Positions 1 through 13,675 of a DNA stretch of 64,000 nucleotides are shown piece after piece. Made by a program: the position numbers and the translations under genes. The DNA is from Octopus sinensis (Eukaryota). The stretch lies in contig NC_043022.1 in assembly GCF_006345805.1 (NCBI RefSeq), positions 5,828,001-5,892,000 on the forward strand, written 5' to 3'. Position 1 is the stretch's first letter. Every line of letters starts with the position of its first letter. A model generated the notes under the pieces. It was given only the letters and a program-made list of their open reading frames with translations. It was not told where the DNA came from and ran no database searches.

Positions 1-190
1 TGTACAGGTTCCCCTTATATCAAAGTGATACCAACCTTGACATGTACAATTCTAGAGACTCTGCTATCTCTCTTGGAGTCCCTGTTGGTCAAGGTTATCC
101 AAACATGGGTGTTTCTCCTCTCAAACTCCACTGATGTTTATCCAAGGTAAACACTGCCATCTTGGACCAATGGAGGTAGGTATCAGGAAA

Positions 191-425
191 AGGCAGTGAG
201 CTGGCAGAATTGTTAGCACACCGGGCGAAATGCTTAGTGGTATTTCGTCTGCCGTTACGTTCTGGGTTCAAATTCCGCCAAGGTCGACATTGCCTTTCAT
301 CCCTTCAGGGTCGATTAAATAAGTACCAGTTACACACTGGGGTCGATATAATTGACTTAGTCCGTTTGTTTGTCCTTGTTTATCCTCTCTGTGTTTAGCC
401 CCTTGTGGGTAGTAAAGAAATAGGT
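191..425 (+). mobile_element. SINE family A (tRNA-like head plus central gtcgactttgcctttcatcc...gataaattaagtaccag domain), long-tail variant A1
   Basis: A-box-like gagctggcagaa..gttagc and B-box-like gggttcaaattcc; about 10 similar copies in the window; central domain resembles the Meta/MESC SINE domain (from memory). Confidence 0.85.
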
Positions 426-826
426 GTCAGTGTTGTCATGGGTGTTACTGTCAGCCAAAAAAGGGCCAGGACAGAGAATGTAAGGCCTTTCATCAACCCC
501 AAACCCTTTTAATTCCATGTACAAGATTTACCATTTTATTTATTTTTTTTTTCTCGTCTCAGTTGGCATTTAGTAGGCTATGGGCTGACTCCTTCCTCAG
601 TGGAACACCACAGAAAAGATCCAGTGGATAGCAGTTGTTTATGTAACCACAAACATATCAACTTGGGTATTCAGAGAAACTTGATCTGACCCAGGGGCAT
701 CACGCTACCCCTATTTTTGTCTACCCCCACCCCTCAACACCACTGGGTTTTCACAACTTTATAAAGAACTTCTGTTACTTCCTGCTAAGCACTTAGGGGT
801 TCCTCAGCTGGCAGATCAGCTGTGCG

Positions 827-1088
827 TGTGTGTGTGTGTCTGTGTGTGTGTATGTGTGTTTATGTGTGTGTGCATGTGTGTGTGTGTGTGGTTGGTTGTA
901 TGTTTATGCATGAGTAGTGTTTCTGTGTGTGTGTGTGTGTGTGTGTATGTGTGTGTGTATGTGTGTGTGTTTATGTGTGCGGTTGATTGTATGTTTAAGC
1001 ACAAGTAGTGTTTCTGTGTGTGCGTGTGTGTGTGTGTATATATGTGTGTGTGTGTGTGAATGTGTGTATGTGTGTGTGTGTGTGTATT
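827..1088. repeat. (TG)n compound microsatellite
   Basis: Direct reading. Confidence 0.95.
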
Positions 1089-1631
1089 TGTACTAAGTTA
1101 ACCCTGCACTGCTTTACTTTATCTGACCTCACTCATTACAGCCAGCAATGGATAATCCTCTTTCTCTCCTCCTCACCTCCCCTTCCACCTCCACCTCCTC
1201 CTCCTCATCATCATCATCATCACTGCCACCACCACCACCACCACCACTACCACCAAAAGCGTAAATGTGTGTCGTGTGGTGTTATGCTTGTCTGAAGAAT
1301 GTTGTGTTGTGGAGTTATGCCTTTCCCAAGAACGTGATCCCAAGTTGTGGTGTTGTTCCTTCCCCGAAAAGCATTTTTGAATATAGGTGAAGAGACGAAA
1401 CAGCTGCAAGAATTCATTGGAACTGTGTCAGAATCCAGACATGCTGGGAACCTCCTCTCAAGAGCAACAGATCTGTGACAAGAGAACCAAAACCAGGAAA
1501 CCAATATTTACAGAAACTCCAGTTACAATTAGCAGCAGTAATGCTGTTGTTGATGTTGTTGTCATTTGAGAAGATTCTATTATTTTCTTATTTGTTTCAG
1601 TCATTTTAAATTTTATATTTTATATATATAT

Positions 1632-2030
1632 ACTCTTTTACTCTTTTACTTGTTTCAGTCATCTGACTGCAGCCATGCTGGAGCACCGCCTTTAGTCAAT
1701 CAAATCGACCCCGGGACTAATTCTTTGTAAGCCCAGTACTTATTCTATCGGTCTCTTTTGCCGAACCGCTAAGTGACGGGGACGTAAACACATCAGCATC
1801 GGTTGTCAAACAATGCTAGGGGGACAAACACAGACACACAAACACATATATATACATATACATATATACGACAGGCTTCTTTCAGTTTCCGTCTACCAAA
1901 TCCACTCACAAGGCATTGGTCGGCCCGGGGCTATAGCAGAAGACACTTGCCCAAGATGCCACGCAGTGGGCCTGAACCCGGAACCATGTGGTTGGTTAGC
2001 AAGCTACTTACACACAGCCACTCCTGCGCC
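1632..2030 (-). mobile_element. SINE family B, full length (tRNA-like head, CORE-like tggcatcttgggcaagtgtctt, internal TA/TG microsatellite, (AGTAAAAG)n tail)
   Basis: Reverse complement of the copies at 30959, 50138 and 53463; CORE-like segment resembles the gtgaccttgggcaagtcactt motif of CORE-SINEs. Confidence 0.9.
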
Positions 2031-2417
2031 TATATATTATATTAATTATATTTATATTTTTTGTTATTTATGTATTGGTTTATGTCTATCACTACTTGAG
2101 TTGCCTAATAGTAGTTTTATCTCTTATTTAATTTATATATATATAATAATAATAATAATAATATGAGGGAATATTATTCCAAACTTACAGGGAAAAATTA
2201 GAAATACTAAATCAAATTTCACAAAGTACAATATATAAATTAGAAAAAAACCACCTTTTATCAATTCAATAAGGAAAAATTAAATTATACCATTTAGAAA
2301 AATTACATCTTATAGAAAGATGTAATTTTTGCACATTACTTAATCTTATACAATGATTAAGTAATGTGCAAAATAATAAATAAAACATATATATATATAT
2401 ATATTATATATATATAT

Positions 2418-2690
2418 CGACATAGCCGAAACAGCTGTAAGATCTAATTTATACTTATATTTATATTTACTTGTATTTATATTCTTTTTTATATATATTC
2501 TACTTATTATACAACATTACTCTTTTATGTACACTTTTTTATGTACATTCCTTTATGTACACTGATTTGTTCTGCTTTTTATATTTAACCCTACAGTCTC
2601 TTATGTGGTGGTTTAATAAAGTATGTGATTGAGTATTATCTGGTAATTGATATTTGATTTAGGTGTATTTCTCCATTTTCTTATCTTGTA
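2418..2690 (+). mobile_element. TA-flanked AT-rich fragment starting at a partial hammerhead motif (possible Penelope-like terminal repeat remnant)
   Basis: ccGAAACAGCTGTAaga at 2426-2442 matches the motif at 26262; flanked by (TA)n. Confidence 0.35.
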
Positions 2691-2896
2691 TATACATATA
2701 CATATATCTATATGTATATATATGTGCATATATATCACATGATCACGTGACCAACCTGACCATCAGATGTTGCTAGACATCGCTGGTCACAATGCGTTCG
2801 CATTGCTTTATATATATATGTGTGTGTGTGTTGTGTGTGTGTGGAGGTGCAATATATATATATATATATATATACACATGTACATATATATCTACA

Positions 2897-2932
<36 letters not shown>

Positions 2933-2971
2933 AATATATATATATATATATATATATGTACATACATACAT

Positions 2972-3008
<37 letters not shown>

Positions 3009-3714
3009 CATATGTGCTAACAAAATTCAACCAAACTACGAACGTAGACAGATATGTAACAAAAACAGAAAAGAACAGGAAATGTAAAAGAAAAAAAAGT
3101 GGTTTGCATTTTCCTACTTCTTCCTACCCAGAATGCTTTGCCCCAATTCCATTCCCAACCACCCCCTCCACACATAACAAAAAAAAATCTAAAAAATAGG
3201 TGAAGGAATAAAGGTAAAAAAAAAAATAGTTGGGGATATGCAGAATTTGAAAGTGTAAATATTTTTACTAAAGTAAGTAAAACAGGGCTGTTTTGGCAAA
3301 TGAGCCGACATCAAAATAAATAGTGTTTTATCGTATTAATTGATAAATATTGATAGCCACAGCTTAGGGTATTTTCCCGGAACCAATTTGGTGGCAATGA
3401 AGGAGTAAATTATATTTTGGGATGTGATAACGGTGTATTTCTTAGAATGGTGAGTATTTAGAAAGTAAATAGAGAAGATGGAATTGCAGGAGGAGTCTGG
3501 AAGGCTGGCAGCAGCATCATTGATAATGGCAGTTAAAAGAACGACGCCTGGAGGAAGAATTTGTTGTTTTTGTCTTCTGTTTGTAGGTAAATATATGCAA
3601 AGATTTAAAGTTCTTTCTAATATTGGCAGCATAATTTATTTATGGACATTCAGGTTGCATTGAGAATTTTGCGTGTGGGTGTTTGCAGGAATGTGCCACA
3701 ATTTTTGTATGGCT

Positions 3715-4650
3715 TGCATGGGAGATGCAGATGCAAAGTGGCTGAGTTCCTTTCAAGCATTGGGCCTTACGGAGGCAAAGTGGCTGAGTTCCTTTCAAGC
3801 ATTGGGCCTTACGGAGGCAAAGTGGCTGAGTTCCTTTCAAGCATTGGGCCTTACGGAGGCAAAGTGGCTGAGTTCCTTTCAAGCATTAGGCCTTATGGAG
3901 GCAAAGTGGCTGAGTTCCTTTCAAGCATTGGGCCTTACGGAGGCAAAGTGGCTGAGTTCCTTTCAAGCATTGGGCCTTACGGAGGCAAAGTGGCTGAGTT
4001 CCTTTCAAGCATTGGGCCTTACGGAGGCAAAGTGGCTGAGTTCCTTTCAAGCATTGGGCCTTACGGAGGCAAAGTGGCTGAGTTCCTTTTGAGTATTGGG
4101 CCTTACAGAGGCAAAGTGGCTGAGTTCCTTTCAAGCATTGGGCCTTATGGAGGCAAAGTGGCTGGGTTCCTTTCAAGCATTGGGCCTTACGGAGGCAAAG
4201 TGGCTGAGTTCCTTTCAAGCATTGGGCCTTACGGAGGCAAAGTGGCTGAGTTCCTTTCAAGCATTGGGCCTTACGGAGGCAAAGTGGCTGAGTTCCTTTT
4301 GAGTATTGGGCTTCACGGAGGCAATGACCAAGACCTTTGACATTATGTCGTGCTTGAGAAGAAGACCCAGGAAGCTGAGCAAAATCACAGTCGTGGCAGA
4401 TATCGGTGTCACACACATCGGCACCTGTGCCAGTCGCACGTAGATGCACCCTGGTGTCATGCAAATGGCACCCGTGCTGGTGGCATGTGAAAGTACCCTT
4501 TACACTCTCAAACTGGGTGGCGTTTGGGAGGGCATCCAGCTGTAGAAAACCATGCCAAATCAGACAGGAGTCTGGTGCAGCCTTCCAGCATGCCAGCCCA
4601 GTCAAACTATCCAACCCATGCCAGCATGGACAACAGACATTAAACGATGC

Positions 4651-4682
<32 letters not shown>

Positions 4683-4685
4683 ATA
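3715..4685 (+). mobile_element. Family D non-autonomous retroposon (agggcatccagctgtagaaacc...ccaacccatgccagcatgga...(GAT)n-type tail) carrying an internal tandem array
   Basis: 3' half matches about 9 other copies in the window; ends in (GCT)n/(GAT)n. Confidence 0.8.
3733..4320 (+). repeat. Minisatellite, 14 x 42 bp (gcaaagtggctgagttcctttcaagcattgggccttacggag)
   Basis: Units start every 42 bp from 3733 to 4279, with few point variants; explains ORFs 3642-4340 and 3886-4614. Confidence 0.97.
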
Positions 4686-6039
4686 TATGTATGTGTATAT
4701 ATATGTGTATGAAAAATAATGTGTGTGGATGTGTGTGTATATAATTATATAATATGCATATACATATATGTTATAATTACATAGACACACATATACATTA
4801 AACATACAGACTCACATAAATGCATGCACACATGTATATGTGGGTATGTATATATAATTGATATATTGGTGTGTCACACATTATATGCATTATCATGCGT
4901 GTGTATGTGTGTGTATATAGACAATAGGTGAGAACTACAGATGCTCAGTCTAGAAAATGTGTAGTATTACTCAAATGAATTTGACTATAAACTCTGGATT
5001 CTTCATCCAGGACTTTGTCCATATCTTCAGGAGTGGGTATAAGAGAAATCCAGAAGAAGCTGATATGGAGGTAGTGACACAGAGAAGCACAATTAAGTTT
5101 CACACACACACACACACACACACACGCACGCACATGATTGAAATTTATAGAAAAACAAAAGATGAAGACAGGTGTATGAACAAGAAGCAAGTGTATTAGT
5201 TTGATGCTTGGGAAAATGAAAACATCTTTTATGTTTCGAGCCTACGCTCTTCAACAGAAAGGAATAAGAGAAAATAAACAAAGAGAAATACACATAGATA
5301 GAGGCATACATAAATACATACATCTAGACACATATATCTACATATATTCAGAAAGATAATACATATATGTGTGTACATATACATATATAAATATATATGT
5401 ATATATATAAGGCAGTGCTCCAGTATGGATGCAGTCAAGTGACTGAAACAAATAAAAGAATATATATGTATATAGATAGATAGATTGAACGATATAGACA
5501 TATATTTATGTAGAACATAAAAAGCACAAAATACTAAGATAATACATAGTTTCTTAGCTCGACAGCTGTTTCAGGAAGCTCAGAGTTATGCAATATATAT
5601 ATGTGTATGTATGTGTATTTTTTCCCCAATTTTGTTTTTCTAAAAGGGGACATTAGGTAATGTTTTCCGAGAAGTACTTAGACAGAATAACGAAGAATAA
5701 GACAGACTCATTAGTGCTGGAATGTCTTTGGTTGAACTCTCCCTTGCTCAACGTTGATCAACAACAACCAGAACAACAACAACAACAACAATCTCAAGAA
5801 GATGCCTGGCCAACTAAGAAGGGATCTGATCTGTTGTTATCGTAAACTGAAAGAAAATAAACATTGAAGATAATTAAATAATATAATAATTAGGAGAACG
5901 AGCAGAAGGACAAAGGCCCTGGAAGTAGATGGAATGTGGTATCGGGTAGGGGTGGGGTGGAGAATGGTGCTTGGGCAGATTGGAATTATTTATGGTAATA
6001 ATAACAATACTATGCTACTATATATATATAGAGAGAGAT

Positions 6040-7140
6040 AGCCACCACCACCACCACCAGCGTCGATAGGAACACCACTTCCAACACTACAACCACTACT
6101 GCTATCACTACGCACCATTACTGTCCACCATCAGCAGCAGCAGCACTACTACAGCTACTACGGCTACTACCACCTCCACCTTCACCCTCCAACACCATCG
6201 TGATCTCTATTACCACCGGTCGGCTCCACTGCACTAACACCACCACCACCTCCCATTATTGCCACCGTCACCACCACCACCACCACCACCATTGCCACTG
6301 TTACTGCCACCACCCTCACTGTCAACCGTACCACCACAACCACCAGCCACATCATCACTACCACCTCCACCATCACCACCACCTCTACCACCACCACCAA
6401 CACAACCACCATCACTACCACCACATCCACCACAACTACCACCACCACCACTACTACCACCTCCACAACTACCACCACCACTACTACCACCACTACCACC
6501 ACCACCACTACTACCACCTCCACCACAACTACCACCACCACCACCACAACTACCACCACCACCTCCACCACAACTACCACCACCACCACCATTGCCACTG
6601 TTACTGCCATCACCCTCACTGTCACCCGTACCACCACAACCACCAACCACATCATCACTACTGTCCCCCATCCCCCCCCCCCAACCCTCCACCACCACCA
6701 CCACCTCTACCACACCACCAACACAACCCATCACACACCACCTCTACACACCACCACACCACCACTACCACCACCACCACTCTACCACCTCACCACAACT
6801 ACACCACCACCACCACAACTACCACTACCACCTCCACCACAACTACCACCACAATACAATTGCCACTGTTACTGCCATCACCCTCACCACCACCACCACC
6901 AGCCACATCATCACTACCACCACCGCCAATTTATATAAGAAAACTAAAGATAATCTATCTAAAACTTGTTTGTTTTGTGCATTTGAATTGTTGTTAATTG
7001 CCTTCAAGTAACACAATATACTTTTAAGTAACAGCCACCACCAATGCCACAACCACTACACCACCATCATCATCATATCACATCCAATTCCTTCACTCAA
7101 ACACCACCACCACCACCACCACCACCACCACCACCACCAC
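6040..7140. repeat. CAC/CTA low-complexity tract with three copies of a ~70-bp unit (attgccactgttactgcc...ccacatcatcactac)
   Basis: Unit seen at ~6290, ~6590 and ~6858. Confidence 0.9.
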
Positions 7141-7354
7141 TACAGCATCTTTTTTCCATCACTTGCAGATGCCTCCATTCTCCTTCCTCACATCTCTCTA
7201 ACATCAATCTACACCAAGTTCGTCTCCTGCTTTCTTCTTCAATCACATGCCACTTTTCCACCTGGGTGGCCTTTATCCTCCCTTACACACCTCACAACTG
7301 CACACTTCTCTCAGCTGTATATATATTTCTCTTATAACGCTTTCAAGATTATTT

Positions 7355-7780
7355 TATTCTTCTACTTGTTTCTGTCATTTGACTGCAGCCATGCTGGAGC
7401 ACTGCCTTTCAGTTGAAGAAATCGCCCCCTGACTTATTCTTTGTAATCCTGGTGCTTATTCTATTGGTCTCTTTTGTCAAACCGCTAAGTTATGGGGATG
7501 TAAACATACTAACATCAGTGTCAAGCAATGGTGGCGGGACAAACACACACACACACACACACTATATATATATATAGATATATAGATATATTATATATGT
7601 GTGGTGGTATATATATACCATGGGTTTCTTTCAGTTTGCGGCTCCAAATCCACTCACAAGGCTTGGTCAGCCCGAGGCTATAGCAGAAGATACCTACCCA
7701 AGGTGCCATGCAGTGAGACTGAACCCGGAACCATGTGGTTGGGAAGCAAGCTTCTTACTACACAGCCACTCCTGCACCTA
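7355..7780 (-). mobile_element. SINE family B
   Basis: Diverged reverse copy; both halves present. Confidence 0.85.
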
Positions 7781-7794
7781 TATATATATATATT

Positions 7795-8175
7795 CTTTTG
7801 TTCTGTTATTTGTTCCAGTCATTTGACTGCAGCCATGCTGGAGCACCGCCTTTAGTCGAAAAACTCAACCCCAGGACTTATTCTTAATAAGCATAGTACT
7901 TATTCTATTGGTCTAAATTACGAGGATGTAAACACACCAACATCAGTTGTCAAGCGATGGTGGGACTATACACACACACACATATATACATACATATATA
8001 CATACATATATACATACATATATATGTGATGGGCTTCTTTCAGCTTCCATCTACCAAATCCACTCACAAAGCTTTGGTCGACCTGAGGCTATGGTAGAAG
8101 CCACTTGCCCAAGGTGCCACACAGTGGGACTGAACCCAGAAACATGTGGTTGAGAAGCAAGCTACTTATCACAGC
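7795..8175 (-). mobile_element. SINE family B (in tandem with the previous copy)
   Basis: Diverged reverse copy. Confidence 0.8.
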
Positions 8176-8274
8176 TTTCAAGTTTTGGCACAAGGCCAGC
8201 AATTTTTGGGGGAGGGGAGAAGTCGATGACGTTGTACCATGTGATCCGCTGGCACTTATTTTATTGCCTCCTCC

Positions 8275-8443
8275 TCCCTCCGCCATCACCGTCGTTCTTA
8301 TCACTACATCTAACTCTTCCTTCTCCTCCTCATCACCACCACCACCATCACCACCACCAGTACCTCCATTCATCATCATCCTCATCATCATCATCCTCAT
8401 CATCATCATTATCATCATCCTCCTCCTCCTCCTCCTCCTCTCC

Positions 8444-8510
<67 letters not shown>

Positions 8511-8520
8511 TATCATCCTC
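8275..8520. repeat. (CAT)n/(CCT)n microsatellite
   Basis: Direct reading. Confidence 0.95.
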
Positions 8521-9039
8521 ATCTATTCGTCTATCTAGCACAATGTCGTCTACGTCGTTAGTCAATTTATTAGATGGCAGGGTGTGATTTGAGGGGTATT
8601 TGACTGCTGGAGATTGCCTCGTTAGTGAATTCAGTTGTAATGTGTTGCACGGGTCTTATAAAATCACACACACACACACACATACACAGAATGGGTCCTT
8701 GGAAGGGGAGATATCGATGTGGCCGGGACATCAGAGGGAAATATTCAGGAGACAGAACAAAAACAAAAAAGCTGTTGTAATTGATAGATGAAAGCGATAT
8801 CAATCAATGGTTAGTCATTGATTAATGATTAGTGAGAGTGAGTGAGGGTTTGTGTGAAAGCACCTGTCAGCTTGGTGGTCCCTGGCTCCCAGACATGCTG
8901 GGTCCATATAAAGTTGGCTTAAATCCGATGCGAGGCAAATGAGATCGTTTACTGGGAGAGGAAATACTTTTTCTGCAAAGTCGGTTGATGAGCAAAAGGT
9001 TTGCAAAAGGTTTGACAAGATTAATGAGGTGCCATGTAA

Positions 9040-10110
9040 TTGTGTGTGTGCGTACGTGAGTGTGTGTGAGCGTGTGTGTGTGTGAGTGTGTGTGTGAGTG
9101 TGTAAGTGAGTGTGTGTAAGCGTGTGTGTCTGTGAGTGTGTGTGCATGCAGGCATGTGTGTTTGCAAGTGTGTGTGTATGTGTATGAGTGTGTGTGTGTG
9201 AGTGAGAGAGTGTGTGTGTGTGTATATGTGTGTAAGTGTGTGTGTGAGTGTGTGTAAGCGTGTGTGTCTGTGAGTGTGTGTGTGTGTGTGTGTGCATGCA
9301 GGCATGTGTGTTTGCAAGTGTGTGTGTATATGTATGAGTGTGTGTGTGTATATGTGTGTAAGTATGTGTGTGAGTGTGTGTAAGCGTGTGTGTCTGTGAG
9401 TGTGTGTGTGTGTGCATGCAGGCATGTGTCTTTGCAAGTGTGTGTGTATGTGTATGAGTGTGTGTGTGTGTGTATGTGTGTGTGTGCATGCAGGCATGTG
9501 TGTTTGCAAGTGTGTGTGTATGTGTATGAATGTGTGTGTGTGTGTGTGAGAGTGTGTGTGTGTGTGAGAGTGTGTGTGTGTATATGTGTGTAAATGTGTG
9601 TGTAAGTGTGTGTGTGAGTGTGTGTAAGCGTGTGTGTGTGTGTGCATGCAGGCATGTGTGTTTGCAAGTGTGTGTGTATATGTATGAATGTGTGTGTGTG
9701 TGTATGTTTGTGTGTGTGTGTGAGTGTGTGTAAGCGTGTGCGTCTGTGAGTGTGTGTGTGAGTGTGTGCATGCAGGCATGTGTGTTTGCAAGTGTGTGTG
9801 TATGTGTATGAGTGTGTGTGTGTGTGTATGTGTGCATGCAGGCATGTGTGTTTGCAAGTGTGTGTGTATGTGTATGAGTGTGTGTGTGTATGTGTGTGTG
9901 TGCATACAGGCATGTGTGTATATGTGTGTAAGTGTGTGTGTAAGTGTGTGTAAGCGTGTGTGTCTGTGAGTGTGTGTGTGTGTGCATGCAGGCATGTGTG
10001 TTTGCAAGTGTGTGTGTGTATATGTATGAATGTGTGTGTGTGTGTATGTGTGCATGCAGGCATGTGTGTTTTCAAGTGTGTGTGTATATGTATGAGTGTG
10101 TGTGTGTGTG
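9040..10110. repeat. Compound GT-based minisatellite with recurrent gcatgcaggcatgtgtgtttgcaagt core
   Basis: Core recurs about 9 times, separated by variable (GT)n. Confidence 0.95.
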
Positions 10111-10207
10111 AGAGAGCGATGTAATGTTGATCTTGGCCTGGATTTGGAGTAAACAACAGCAAATGTCTGCAACCAGCAACCATCTGGTATCATTATGCAC
10201 TTAGCAA

Positions 10208-10425
10208 AAGGCAATGAGCTGGCAGAGCCATTAGCATGCCGTACGAAATGCTTAGTGGTATTTCACCTGTCTTTACGTTCTGGGTTCAAATTCTGCTGCA
10301 GTCCATTTTGCCTTTCATCCTTCCAGGGTCGATAAATTAAATACCAGTGAAACACTGGGGTCAACGTGATTTATTGTCCCCTTCCCCACAAAAATCAAAA
10401 CCTTGTGCCTATAGTAGCAAGAATT
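10208..10425 (+). mobile_element. SINE family A (short-tail variant A2) ending in (ATT)n
   Basis: Similarity to 191-425; different 3' tail (ccttgtgcctatagtag..). Confidence 0.8.
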
Positions 10426-10664
10426 ATTATTATTATTATTATTATTATTATCATTATTTTTATTATTATTATTATTATATATTATATTGTCATTATTATT
10501 ATTTTATTATTATTATATCATTATTATTATTAATTATTATTATTATTATTATTATTATCATTATCATATTATTATATATCATTATTATTATATTTTATTA
10601 TATTATATTCATTATATTATTAGTATTATTTATTTATATTATCATTATTATCATCATCATTATT

Positions 10665-10699
<35 letters not shown>

Positions 10700-10718
10700 T
10701 ATCATTATCTTATTATTA

Positions 10719-10749
<31 letters not shown>

Positions 10750-10833
10750 ATCATCATCATTATTATTATTATCATTATCATTATTATTATTTATTATCAT
10801 TATCATTATATTATTATTATCATTATCATTATT

Positions 10834-10877
<44 letters not shown>

Positions 10878-10938
10878 TATCATCATCATTATTATATCAT
10901 TATCATTATTATTATCATTATCATTATCATTAATTATA

Positions 10939-10969
<31 letters not shown>

Positions 10970-11053
10970 TATCATCATCATTATTATTATCATCATCATG
11001 ATATTATCATTATCATTATTATATTATATTATTATTATCATCATATTATCATT

Positions 11054-11084
<31 letters not shown>

Positions 11085-11296
11085 CATTATTATTATCATT
11101 ATTATTATTATTTATCATTATTATCATTATCATTATTATTATATTATTATATTATTATTCTTATCATTATTATTATTATTATTTATTATCATCATCTATT
11201 ATTATCTTATATTATTATCATTATCATTATTATTATCATTATTATTATTATTATTATATTCTATTATTATTAATTATTATTATTGTTATTATTATT
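10421..11296. repeat. ~870-bp (ATT/ATC)n tract, continuous with the SINE A tail
   Basis: Direct reading. Confidence 0.95.
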
Positions 11297-11512
11297 AAGG
11301 CAGTGAGCTGGCAGAAATGTTAGCACGCCAGGCAAAATACTTAGTGGTATTTCATCTGTCCTTACATTCTGCGTTCAAATTCTGCCAAGGTCGACTTTGC
11401 CTTTCATCCTTTTGGGGTTGATAAATTAGGAACCAGTTGTGTACTGGGGTCAATCTAATCAACTGGCCTCCTCCCCCAAAATTTCGTGCCTTATACCTAG
11501 AGTAGAAAAGAT
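11297..11512 (+). mobile_element. SINE family A (A2)
   Basis: Same head, central domain and tail as the 10208 copy. Confidence 0.85.
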
Positions 11513-11622
11513 TATGCATTTAGCTAATGGATAATCTTTTATTAACCAGAGACACCTACCACCGTTCCTCTCCCCCGTCTTCTTCACTTAATGGAACTTA
11601 TGCATCATCAACCTCTATGTCA

Positions 11623-11946
11623 GGCACATGGCTTAGTCATTAAGATATTTGGCTAACGATCATGACATCATGAGTTCGATTCCTGGTGGTGCATTGTGTT
11701 CTTGAGCAAGACACTTTATTTTCATATTGCTCCAGTCTGTTCAGCTGGCAAAAATGAGTTGTACCAGTAATTTAAAGGGGCCAGCCTTGTTGCATCCTGT
11801 GTCTTGCTGGATCTCCCTGAGAGAACTATATTATGGGTACACATGTCTGTGGAGTACTCAGTCACATGCACGTTAATCTCACAAGCAGGCTGTTCTGTTG
11901 ATCAGATCAAATGGAACACTCATGATTCTAACTGATGGAGTGCCAG
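11623..11946 (+). mobile_element. SINE family C, variant C2 (tRNA-like head plus CORE-like tgtgttcttgagcaagacacttta)
   Basis: A/B-box-like motifs; homologous to 51670-51990. Confidence 0.75.
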
Positions 11947-11969
11947 GTTTTTTTATCACCATCACACGT

Positions 11970-12352
11970 GACTGGGTGGTAAGAAGCTTGCTGCCCAACC
12001 ACATGGTCTCAGGTTCAGTCCCACTGCATGGCACCTAGGGCAAGCCTCTCCTACTATAGCCTCTGGTCAACCAAAGTCTTGTAAGTGGATTTGGTACACG
12101 GAAACTGAAAGAAGCCCATCATGTATGTGTGTGTGTGTGTGTGTGTGGTGTGTGTGTGTCCATGTTTGTCCCCACTCTACCATATGACAACTAGTTCTTA
12201 CATCCCCTGTAATGTAGCAGTTCAGTAAAAGAGACTGATAGAATAAGTACATAGCTTACAAAATAAGTCTTGGGGTTGATTCAGTCGACTGAAAATTCCT
12301 CAAGGCAGTGCCCCAGCATGGCCACAGTCTAAAGACTGAAACAAGTAAAGAA
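11970..12352 (+). mobile_element. SINE family B, diverged
   Basis: Both halves recognisable. Confidence 0.8.
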
Positions 12353-13675
12353 AAAAAACACTCCACTGTTTTGTTTATTTACCGCCCCCCCATATATATA
12401 TCTTGTAGTACCAGTTCTACATTAAAACATGAAAAAAAGACACATGGAAAAGTTAAACAAAAGCCAAAAAAGAAAATGGCAACTGCCATACCAACAACCT
12501 ACCAAAGAGCAAAAAAGATAAATTGACTCCATCATATTTTTTCTGTTGCGTGGTTTTGTTGTTTCGTTTTTGCCATATTTCTTTTCCTGCCGTGTTCTCG
12601 TCATTCCAAGTGCCGTTCCCAACCAATCATCGTTCCTTCTCTTTTAGTAGAACGGTAATTACAATGTTTTATGTCAGCAGTCAAAGAACACAGAAAGCTT
12701 TGATCAATGGAGTATTACTGTGTTCCACGGAGCGGCGGTGGAGGGGGTGGGTGGGGCGGGCGGGCGTGCTGGAACGTTTGCCATCCTTCAAAATATAGAA
12801 ATAAATGTCTACCATCAACAGACTTTTTCAAAACAAATTGAAATCTGAAATTAAAAGCCCTTTTCACTAGTTTCTGCCAAAAAAACCTTCTTTCCTACGT
12901 TCCTTCCTTCCTTCCTTCTTTCTTTCTTTCTTTCTTTTTCTTTTTAAATATACAACTTTTAAATTCTAATAAAACAGGAAAACAGTTTGGCAAATTGGTG
13001 AAATTCTTTTTTTTTTTTACCTTTTAAAGACAAAAACAACCCATAAAACCAAATTCTAAAACTATTCTCAGACTAAATATGAAATAACTGCGTTTTATTG
13101 GTGGTGGTGGTGGTGGTGGTGGTGGTGGTGGTGGTGGTTGTGGTGGTGGTGGTGGTTGTGGTGGTGGTTGTGGTGGTGGTGGTGGCAGTGCAATGGAGGG
13201 GGACGATAATTGGGGAGTTATAAAATTAGTTGTTTAAAATTAAGAGGTCGTTACCGTTTTTATCATTGCTATTGCATTGTTTTGTTACTATATTAGGAAT
13301 TTTTTTGGATCTTTTTCTTTTTTGTTTATGCATGTGTGTGCGTGTGTGTGTGTGTGTGTATGGGCAAGTGTCTGTGTAAGGATGGTATTTGTGTATCAGT
13401 GTGTGTGTGTGTGTGTGTGGGTGTAAACATGAATGTGTAAATCAGAACACTGCAATAACAGTATGTAAACATTGTTACTGTTCAACAATATGCAAACTAC
13501 TTGGTGCAGATGTGGTTCCAGGTTCAGTACCACTGTGTGGCATCTTGGACAAGTGTCTTCTACTATAACCCTTGGCCAACAAAATCCTTGAGGGTGGATT
13601 TATGTGGAGTGGCCCTTCAAAATCTTCCCTCGTTCTCTTCCTGAACATTTAAATTATACTGATTTACCTCAGGAC

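Noticed and set aside
1387-1480. Possible terminal exon EETKQLQEFIGTVSESRHAGNLLSRATDL*
   Set aside because: Poor acceptor and no homology; cannot be supported without transcripts.
3363-3449. Possible 87-nt exon LRVFSRNQFGGNEGVNYILGCDNGVFLRM (cag|...|gtgagt), with a nearby tttgtag|gtaaat at 3586
   Set aside because: Weak pyrimidine tract, no recognisable homology and no linked exons; compatible with chance.
4945-5075. Protein-like short frames on both strands
   Set aside because: No consistent splice signals or recognisable domain.
6182-7011. Pro/His/Thr/Gly-rich ORFs resembling extensin or mucin
   Set aside because: CAC low-complexity DNA open in nearly all frames; no splice or start context.
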